Positions 54,184 through 64,000 of a stretch of DNA of 64,000 nucleotides are shown here, piece by piece (the first letter of the stretch is position 1; each line of letters opens with the position of its first letter). The stretch covers positions 30,320,001 through 30,384,000 of the forward strand of contig CM052817.1 in assembly GCA_028534125.1 (NCBI GenBank), read 5' to 3'. A program made the translations under genes and the position numbers. The DNA is from Lama glama. Its lineage: Eukaryota. Below the pieces are notes generated by a model. The model was not told the origin of the DNA and searched no databases. It saw only the letters and a list, made by a program, of their open reading frames with translations.

Positions 54184-55366
54184 TTTTAGAGGTCTCTGAA
54201 AGTTGAAGGAAGTCGAACAGTAACTTGTAACCAAGATACATATTGTGCCTACTTTCATGATTTTTTATCCTAGTGGAAGAAACCACAAATGAATTTACTC
54301 CATTTTTATTACCTGGCTGTTATATATAGTTAATAAGCCACTTTGTGTCCACATAGAATTATCTTTTACAGGCTGTACATGGTATCATGTAAGGAAAATT
54401 TTAAGTTTTTAATTAAAATTACTTTCAGTGCTATATGAAGCAAAATTCCATGTTGTGCCCCATGGAAGTAATTTAACTTATAAATTCTAATAAGTTTTTC
54501 AACAGTTACAAGTGGGAAATACACAAGCAATAGAAGGACACTGCACTGGGGACAGATGATTTAAAGCTAGAATTCTGTACTAAAATAGCATATTTTTTTT
54601 TAAATAGATAGTCACTACTTCAAGTCAAATCTAAGTTTCAGGCAAAACAGCCTAGGGTATTTATTTATGTACTGAGAGGTAGGTAAAACACAAAAGTAAT
54701 TTTAGATTTTGCTATGGTAAGAAATGTGAAATTACCATAATAGTAGGATGAAAGAGTCAATCCTCTGGTAAGAAGGATTCCCTGTGTTTACCAAGAGATG
54801 CTGCCCTGAGACTAATTTCAAGTATTTTAAATAATTCTACCTAATCAGGTAGGAAGTTTACAACAAGAGAATAAGATACAGTCTTTTCAGAAATTACAAT
54901 CTGTTAAAAAATTTTGATACATCTGAGTATTTTCAACATCAGTATTTTCACAATTCAACGTTACTTCTCTTATTATTTTCCAAGTTAAACATCTTCCATA
55001 ATTCATTAGGGATATTATAAACTTGTCTTAACAAAAATCTAGTTGGTAAAAGTATTCATCACATGCATTTAAATAAATATTGCTCCTAGCCTATGTGACA
55101 GATCTTTCAATATTTTTCTGGTACTGGGGATTCAATGAGACAAATCAGATTCTAGCTCTTTCCTATATGAGGTCTTTGAATTAATGGCTCCCATCTAACA
55201 GGAAGGCAATTACTCTGGTCTTCATTTGTCTGCCTTCTCATCATTCCGCTCACAGTTAAAAATGTATCTCCTTAAGCCCTCTGTGACCGTCTTATCCAAA
55301 GGGCCACTGCTCCATCCTCATCATTTTCTATCACAAACCTGTGTTTGATTTCCTTCATTGCTTTTT

Positions 55367-55585
55367 TTTTTTACATTTTTTATTGATTCACAATCATTTT
55401 ACAGTGTTGTGTCAAATTCCAGTGTTCACAATTTTTCAGTCATTCATGGACATATACACACTCATTGTCACATTTTTTTCTCTGTGATTTATCATAACAT
55501 TTTGTGTATATTTCCCTGTGCTATACAGTGTAATCTTGCTTATCTATTCTACAATTTTGAAATCCCAGTCTATCCCTTCCCACCC
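55367..55585 (-). mobile_element. Young L1 3' tip with TSD, nested in an L2 fragment (about 55200-55760)
   Basis: Poly-T followed by antisense L1 3'UTR. TSD TCATTGCTTTTT at 55355-55366 and 55586-55597. Confidence 0.88.
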
Positions 55586-56789
55586 TCATTGCTTTTTGAA
55601 ATCATTGTATTTACATTTCTGTTTACTTTTTTCTTGCTTTTCTACCCAAGGAGGATAAAAGTCCCATGGAGCAGACCCTTGCAGCACCTCCAGTAAAGTA
55701 GATAATATCTTATATATAGTAGTTTTCAATTAATGTTTCTTGAATCAATCGATCAATCAATCAATAAGAAAACAAATAAATAAAACTTAACTTCTGCTGA
55801 GGCCTTCCATTCTGGTGGAATGATTACTGTACAGGGGCTATCTTTGGATGCAGTGTCAAGCAAAACCATAAGAACAGAAAACTGACTGAACCCCATGGGT
55901 TGAAGGGTTTAGCTTCTCAGATAGAATTCTAGCCTTTTACTTTTCTGACCACTATTTCCACCAAATCCTACAGAGAAAAATATCTATGTACAGTCTTTTA
56001 TTCCCCTCCAGTCCTCATTCTTCTGAGATTGTTTCTGCCATTAAATAAAGTTCTTCATTCATTCTCTCAAAGAATGTAGTTTTTTTTGTGGTTGGTGATT
56101 GTCTAGCAGGAGGTACTTGTTGGATGACTGAAGTTGCAGCCCCAAGTTATGCCCCATTCTATCTCCCTCTAAATTGTGGTTCATTTTTCCTCCCCACCCC
56201 TCTCATTGGGAACAGAGTCAACTTTTCCCAGTGATCTTGCTTATGTGGTAAAGCAATGGATGCCAAATTAAAAAACAAGAAATGGTTGTTTAATAGGCTA
56301 CTCATAATACCTAGTATATTTCTGGAAGAAGTAGCGGTTTCAAATTAATTCAAACTATTATTACCATAATAAACACTCACAAATTTCTTCATAGAAGTTA
56401 AGAGAATGAGTCTCTACATTCTGTTCTGCTATTTCTAAGTTTGTGTACATTAGTGAAATGTCATCCTAAAAAGAATAAAAATAGGCTAATTGCAACTTCA
56501 CATTGCCACTTTCAGTCACTGAATTTTTATAGTTCCCTAATGTCTTCTGTAGTTGCTTAATTTCTTCACGTTTCAGTGGTCACAGCTAATGCATGTCACA
56601 TAGCTGTTGGGAATGGAATGACCTGAAAACTGCCCAAGTCATTGAATGAAGAGTAACTTTGCAAAGACAATTAAATATCAGAGAATTTTTCTCAGGGAGG
56701 GTTGAGTTAAGATCTTCTACAGTTGTCCCTGTAAATTTAATGGTTATTTGCATTCTAATGTCACCTAACTTTAAATATGGCAAGGTATC

Positions 56790-57289
56790 NNNNNNNNNNN
56801 NNNNNNNNNNNNNNNNNNNNNNNNNNNNNNNNNNNNNNNNNNNNNNNNNNNNNNNNNNNNNNNNNNNNNNNNNNNNNNNNNNNNNNNNNNNNNNNNNNNN
56901 NNNNNNNNNNNNNNNNNNNNNNNNNNNNNNNNNNNNNNNNNNNNNNNNNNNNNNNNNNNNNNNNNNNNNNNNNNNNNNNNNNNNNNNNNNNNNNNNNNNN
57001 NNNNNNNNNNNNNNNNNNNNNNNNNNNNNNNNNNNNNNNNNNNNNNNNNNNNNNNNNNNNNNNNNNNNNNNNNNNNNNNNNNNNNNNNNNNNNNNNNNNN
57101 NNNNNNNNNNNNNNNNNNNNNNNNNNNNNNNNNNNNNNNNNNNNNNNNNNNNNNNNNNNNNNNNNNNNNNNNNNNNNNNNNNNNNNNNNNNNNNNNNNNN
57201 NNNNNNNNNNNNNNNNNNNNNNNNNNNNNNNNNNNNNNNNNNNNNNNNNNNNNNNNNNNNNNNNNNNNNNNNNNNNNNNNNNNNNNNNN
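56790..57289. other. Assembly gap (500 N)
   Basis: Run of N. Confidence 1.
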
Positions 57290-58872
57290 GATCTTTTTCA
57301 GTACATGTGCATTTTGCACTTGAACATATTTTAGCTTCGTTGTTAAAAAACACAACCATACATGCAGTGCATAAAAACATTCAGTCTGGAGTTCAAGTTC
57401 TGTATAGGAGTATGCTCTTGTGATATAGTTGCAAAGGCAAGAAATAATTCTGGAGTAAGTAGCCAGTTTTACTGGTTCCAGGATATTAATCCCTGCACTT
57501 CTTACTTCATTGGAAGGTTCTAATATTAAAGAAAAAAAATGTGAGGTGCACTAAATAATATGTTTGGTGATGTAGTAAAAATTATGAATCAGTAAAAACT
57601 GAAATTTCAAATTTGAGATTATTTTATTAGGGAATAATATGAAAGTTGATCACAAAGTATGGTATATTGTCGAAGTATAATGGCTATCAAGGAGAAAAGC
57701 TCTGTCGAAAATATTTGGATTCCAGAATAAAACAGTATGCAATACAAACAATACTACAGTTGGTGTCAACATTTTTAAATTGTGAATCGAGCATCGAGAC
57801 TTATTACTTTTATCTGGTAGTTTGGTATTTTTAATGATCTTAATACATCCATGCAAAGGGGAAATGCAACATATTTTTCAAGACAAATAAATCTTAAAGG
57901 CAAAATCAAAGGTGAGAAGCTTGAAAAAAGGAAGCTTCTGCAGACTGTGATGATGTGGTCCAGAATTTAATAACAATTATTAAGTAGGTAGATAGTGATC
58001 TTGGTAATTTTTATCTGTGAAAAGTTATCAACAAGCACCTTATACATTTGATAGAATGATTTAAATTAATTTCCCATCAAAAGGATATTCATTTATCAGA
58101 TATTCATGGGATCCAAAATCAATTTCTGCTATCATAAGTTAAATTAAGTTTAGCAATAACTTGAAGGATAAACTGTTAGCACTGGCTGCTGATCAAGCAT
58201 TCAAGATGAATTTTAAAAATACAGCATCCTGGATAAAACTTAAAAATGAATAACTTGAGCTTGCTGAAATTGCTTTAAAATCAGTTTCATGACTATCAAC
58301 ATATTGTTGTGAAACTGATTTCTCTACACTGAGTTTATAAAAAACTGAAAAAGTTTAGATATGTTACTCCCTATGAATAGTATTGTTGTCAAGAGAACCT
58401 ATATTAGATAAATTAGCAAGCAACGATGAAATTCATTCATTACAGTAAAGGCTGTATTTTGATGTGTAAGATATCTCTTAAAAGTGTAAAGTAAACATTC
58501 AACATGGAGAATCCCAACTGTACTCATAACTTTTTGGTTTCTGTTATGACAAAGTTCAAGTTTAATGGTTCTCCATATGAATCACGATGACGCATAGGGT
58601 TAGGGTTAGGGTTAGTTTTCATATTCAATGAAAAATATGCATATTTTAAATTTTTTATCTTTTTTCTCTGTAATGTTTGTTCTGATTGTATTCTTTAAGT
58701 ATTTTTTTTCTGTTGAGTCTAATAAAAATTTGGCTGGATTTTTGCCTGTTTTTAAATTTCATTTTGCTATAGTTCATTTTATTGGATTTTATAGAAGTCC
58801 AGATTTCCAACAGAATGGAAATTTTTTAAAAAACTGATTTTTTTTTTGCTCTAGATAATTGAATACAATGCC
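57290..58872 (+). mobile_element. Charlie-type hAT DNA transposon with decayed transposase
   Basis: Manual translation gives EV*WLSRRKALSKIF (hAT EVRWLSRGK motif, ~57672-57716), FNDLNTSMQ, and WIKLKNE*LELAEIALKS...STYCCETDFSTL (C-terminal dimerisation-domain-like). Stops and frameshifts throughout. Confidence 0.85.
58595..58615 (+). repeat. Short interstitial telomeric repeat, (TTAGGG) x3.5
   Basis: TAGGGTTAGGGTTAGGGTTAG, perfect. Confidence 0.85.
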
Positions 58873-61800
58873 CTATATTTCTATTCTTGCTATGAATGAT
58901 ACAGTTAGGAACACAGTAATGTTCGGCAAATACCTGTAGACATATAGATGAATATCACTAAATTGGGTTACATTTTCTAAAGGGAATAATTTCCCCAAGT
59001 GGATAGCTTTATCTATAGAGAGGTGCTTCTCATCTGCCAGTTTCCAAGGGTGGAAATCATTAAAGAACACAACAGGAGTGTCACCATTCCTTTGTCACCA
59101 CTCTATTCTAATGCTTCCGCAATGTCAAGCTATTTATTCTATTCTGAAGAAAGTACCTAAGGCAAGACACAGCATCAGGCCTCAAGTAGGTAGAAAGAAA
59201 ATATTAGGTAATCTACTAGTAGACACATGGACAAGTGTTCCTGGCCAATAAAATCTCACAAATTTTACCCCTGGATATGTGTAAGGCTTTGACTCTTTAT
59301 GCCTCAAAATAGGAGAGAACCCAGGTACCTGCTAGTAATAAAATAGATACATACATTGTGAGATGTTTATCAATGAATGCTGTATTATCTAGAAAGGAGA
59401 ATGAATGACCTTCTACCTGCAATAATATGGCTAAATCAGGAGGAAATAATATTAAAGTCAAACACACATACATTTGATTATATGGTTATATAATATATAA
59501 TATTATGTATAATATAAATTTTTCATTCTCTAGAAATATAGTGAGCTAAAGATTATTATATCTAATTTAGCAATAAGAAGATAAGAGGAAAAACAAAAGA
59601 TAGAATGGAATATTTTTGTTAAGTGAAATTATAAAAGACACAAAAACTCTCCGTATTAGTTGTGACTTGAGGCAAATATGAAAAAGAAGCATGGTTACTT
59701 TTTCCAATGTTACCTGTGTATTTGAACCAAATGATTTACCACTAAAAACTACATTGATTTAATTTTGCCTCCTCTAACACAGAGTATCAATTGTTTAAAA
59801 AAAGTCAAACATGAAATTAATTTTAAATTTATAATACCTTCATGGAATGCTTTAAACCTAAACAAAACTCAGTCATATTACACTTATTTTTCTTTTAGAT
59901 TTTAAACCAACTTCATACTACATACTAACAAGTTAGTCATTCTATATATCATATTAGTTTCTGCTTTAAGGCAAAGATCAAATTCTTTTTTCTTCAGAGT
60001 AATTTTTCACCTTTTTTCTTGAAGAATTGATTTATTTTGCACTGGTTTGTGATATTTTCTTACAGTAAGTTGGAAACCTAATACATGTGCAGATGTTCTG
60101 ACCCAAATTTTGGGTTCCTAGTACACATTAATTCAAGAGAAAATCTTTTGTTCTCATTACTGGGAATGATTTATTCCTGGGTTATTCAGTAGCTGGGTAG
60201 ATTTTGCCTTGTGTGAATGTAATGTAAGTATAAACTTTCCAATTTTTGCCACGTCCTTCAATATACTTGGCTTCACAAGACATTACTTGTCTATTTTTAC
60301 CACCATCCTTGTTGAAATACTGGAAATTGTAGTACTAAGTACCAATTGAGATACCAGTATGGGAATAAATCCCAGAAAGCTAGGTTCCTACAACAGATTA
60401 GCTCTTAGATCTGTTCAGTCAACAATGCAGAGTGCTTCTAAGCAAAAGGAATGAAATCCACAAGGATAATCTGTATAATTCTTCATAAATTCAGAAACGT
60501 GAATGAGCGTGATGTCGTGGCAAACTGCCCAGAGTTTTGTTTCCCTTTAATCAAAGCAAACACATTTTTCTCTTTTCTATAAACTGTATAAATCATTATG
60601 CAGGTAAAATAATTCCATAGAATGTCTGAAAATTAGCAAAGAAGGTGATGTGATAGGAACATTTTTGAAAAGAATAAAACATGTAAGAATCCTGCTGCTT
60701 TTTGCACTTGAAGATTTGATGTGACGAAACCAGCCAAGCTGAGATTTTGTTTGACCAAAGATAAACAAAACAATACACATGAAAGTGAAAAATGAAACAT
60801 TATACCAAGATGCCTGCATTTAATTATTAGTCTTATCCAGGAATACAAAATCAAGGTATCCATAAGAAAGTTCATGGGAGAAAGAAATGGCAAAAGAAAC
60901 TAAACAGTCCCTCCTCCCTCCAAAAAAAAAAAAAGAAAAGAAAAGAAAGAAAAGAAACTAAATCAGTTAATAGTCATTGATCTCCTCTTTAATACCTATA
61001 TTATATATAATGTCTGTACACAAGTATTTGGGAGTTAGAGAAAACTTTAGCTTTAGACATTCTTGTGTGTGAAATCAGTCTTAGAGAAATCACTTCCTGG
61101 TCAAGTCCAAGTAAGAATCACTCTTTGTCCTTAAGACTGTAAGTGACTAGGACAATTCTTTCGCATAAACTTTTAATCAAGGTCAGCTCTTTTACATAAA
61201 ACCTTTAATTAAAGTCTTAATGTCTTCTCCACCCTTGGGTTTTATCAAGGATCATTTAAAGGACCGGTGAGTATTTTCATTTCCTCCCTGAAGAGGACAA
61301 GGTAGATGGCATTAACATTCTGCAGAATTCTTACCTTGCTTTTCCAATTGCATGAACCAATAACACACTTATTCTCTAAATGATCTAAAATGTGGTTAGT
61401 TGTTATAGTGACTGTCATTTGTATATGTGCATAAGTGAATTACACAATGGTTTTCAATAACCTATCAATAAAATTCCTCAAGGAATCGAATTCATTCTTC
61501 TTTTCTTAATTGGATATTAGCATGGATCACTATAGCCAAACTCTGTTTCTTTAGTGTAATTAATGGAACTTGCCAAGGTCATCTATTATCATGTCAAGGT
61601 TGATGGAAAAGAGAAACATCAGCGGGTTAGGACAATTTAGATATAGAAAAATATTTCTATAACAAACTCTAGAGAGTTTTGACTGAGAGAAAATACAGTG
61701 GTCTCTTTCCGCAACAAGCAGATCCTTTTTAGATAAGTCTTTTGTCAGGAAACTGCATAGGTTCACATCCTCTCTCATCACTGCTACTAGCCACTTCTGT

Positions 61801-63012
61801 GCAGTCTAATAACTAAAGTCCTTCCAAAGAGGGTGTTATTTGACGGTATATGAACTGCTTATATTTTTAAAACCTCTTAGTAACACCAACAAAAGGCTTT
61901 TAATTAATCCAGCCTATTGGATAAAGAGTGGGGCAAAATTCATTACTCTAAAGTTATTTTTACATAATAAACCCATTCTGGATCCTCATCAATTCAAATT
62001 TCTGGAGACTAAAAGTTAAATTATTTTTGACAATGCAAAAAGAAAATGTCTTTGCAATATTTGGAAAGGAATGCATCTGCTGGAAGGCTTAAGACAGTCT
62101 GTAAAATTTATACAAAACCTTATCAAAAAATAATTGGAAGCCACTCATGGTATACCATAAAAATTCAAATTTTCCATCCTTTTAAATTCTGACACTGCTA
62201 GCTTTCTTCATCAGTAACATGGAAACTGAAACACGATAGTTTTTTTCCCAATGTTTGACAAAACAGAATAGTGTTATATTATTGCAAGTTCTTTTTTCTA
62301 TTCTTTGAAAATAATATAGATTTCTATTAAATAACTAAGACCTTATTTATTCTTTTATTCACTTTGTAATTTCAAGAATTGTCCAAAACTAACTTACATC
62401 AATCCCTACCTCGCTGTAAATGAACATGATTTTAATTTGTAGAGGTCATCATATGTCATTGGGTCACAATTTCAAATATATAAGCAATTAAGTCATAGCT
62501 CTATATCCTATGGGCCAACTAGACTAGGAACAAAATTAAAAACATGTAGATGAGTCTACATATCTTGATTAGGAAACAAGAATCTGCTGATTAATCAAAT
62601 GCATATATACATTCTTTTGTCAACCAAAAAATCTGATGTATTATTGCAAACTATGGGTCCCTTGAGCGCACTTAGATTGTATTGAAAATCTAGTTTATGA
62701 TTTTCTTTATTCAAATTATTGAAGACATATCAAAATATGTAATATGCAGTTCAGCATTAGGAGCAATTATCTAAAACAAAATCCAGAAAGAGGAGGAGAA
62801 AACTCTTTACTTTGATGATAAAGTAGGAAGAATAATTGGTATGCTTTTAATCCTTTGCTTCTCTGAACTAAATTATTTAATTTCTCTTATTTGGGAGAAT
62901 AGATAGAAATATTTGGTAGAACAATTTCCCAGTATAGCAGTATCCTTAGATTTGATTTCGGAGCATATTTAGGTATTTTCTCTTTTCTTTTTCTTATTTC
63001 TTTTCTTAACAG

Positions 63013-63061
63013 AGCAGGAAGTTGTGCTTTTCCCTACAGACAGCTCATGGACAACAGCCTG
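63013..63061 (+). other. Candidate 49-nt exon of an unidentified transcript
   Basis: About 35-nt polypyrimidine tract ending TTAACAG, and donor CTG|gtttgt. An alternative internal acceptor TTTTCCCTACAG ends at 63039. Confidence 0.45.
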
Positions 63062-63958
63062 GTTTGTGGCTCGCTTTAGTCCTTACCCATCTGAATTTAA
63101 AATGTTATCACAAGATTCCTCCTAAATTACCAAAACTTAGGCTATTTTCTCTCTGAATTTCTGCTTGTCACTTACTCTGTACTTCGATGCTGCCATACCA
63201 ATTCAAAATTTCTCTTCTCTCCCTATACCTGATATAAAAGATTCATTTATCAGCCAAATTGGTAACATCTGTCAGCAAAATTGGTACTGTCATTCATCTT
63301 AATTTTTAAGATAAATGAATCATTTAGGTTTGGTCTATTATTTTAATTTTGAAAGGAAATAACCTATTTGCTCTTCACTACTTAAGAAATTTTTAATATT
63401 CACACAAGAAGTTTCATGTAAAAAAGGAATTATTTTGTTGTATTTATGCCAATATGAAAATAAGAAAATGTTTACCAGAAGTAATAGTTTGAAAGAAAGA
63501 CCAATCTCTAGATGTGTTTACATATGAATTAAGAGTTTTGTAATTGGAGTCCTCAGATCATGACATAATTGGGAAGTATTCCATAGAAATCAGTATTTCT
63601 ATTTTAAACCAATTTAGTTACATGAACCATTGGCAAAATAATTACACTTGTATTACACATGTGGCAAGATACGTAGTTTCTTAAAATTTAAATAAAATAG
63701 TAGTGGCTCAAAACAGTTTGATTTTATTTTGTTGTATTTCCAGTAAAAACTTAAGTAGGAACAAAGAAAAAAATTAAAATAGCAAACCAAATAAACATAT
63801 TCAGAGGTTCCAAATTCTTAAAAACCCTGTCATTGACAGAAAAGACTTCTTAAAACAAATTTTAATCCTTTATGACTAAATTTAAACCCACCTTTTCCTA
63901 TTTTTCTACTGAATTGACTTAGTAGTGTGGTTATTTTTGTGCTTTTTTTCCCCCACAG

Positions 63959-64000
63959 ATGATGGTATATGATTACGTTCTAATCCATGCACTGGGTCAC
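63959..64000 (+). other. Start of a candidate exon running off the window
   Basis: Strong acceptor TTTTTGTGCTTTTTTTCCCCCACAG, then ATGATGGTATATGATTACG. One frame is open (MMVYDYVLIHALGH). Confidence 0.5.

Noticed and set aside
56586..57423. 185-264 aa ORFs
   Set aside because: Artefacts of the 500-N gap.
1..64000. Prokaryote-style systems (CRISPR arrays, operons, defence islands, intact RT or transposase genes)
   Set aside because: The DNA is mammalian. I saw no regularly spaced repeat-spacer array, no gene-dense segment and no intact enzyme ORF.

Overview
This is AT-rich, CpG-depleted mammalian genomic DNA, most likely from a camelid (alpaca or camel). The evidence is two tRNA-derived Vic-type SINEs and several young L1 3' ends; I saw no Alu, B1, SINEC, PRE1 or BovB/Bov-tA elements. 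A large share of the window is transposon debris: old L1M, HAL1, L2, MIR, MLT LTRs, MER20/91/94/102 and a Charlie hAT transposase remnant. There are also microsatellites and two assembly gaps (49794-49893 and 56790-57289). No ORF in the six-frame track looks like a cellular gene; the only recognisable peptides are L1 ORF2 pieces and decayed hAT transposase motifs. The unique sequence looks like the 5' or intronic part of a large spliced locus that I cannot name. It has a promoter-like island at about 8.8-10.3 kb and several candidate + strand exons, the last running off the window end. The best-supported curiosities are an L1 3'-transduction bracketed by a 19-bp direct repeat, an unidentified ~105-bp retroposed insert with its own target-site duplication (TSD), and a short interstitial (TTAGGG)n tract. 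A four-exon, phase-compatible ORF of at least 83 aa is speculative. I find no convincing evidence of a new biological system. Repeat family names come from recalled consensus sequences, and boundaries of old repeats are approximate.
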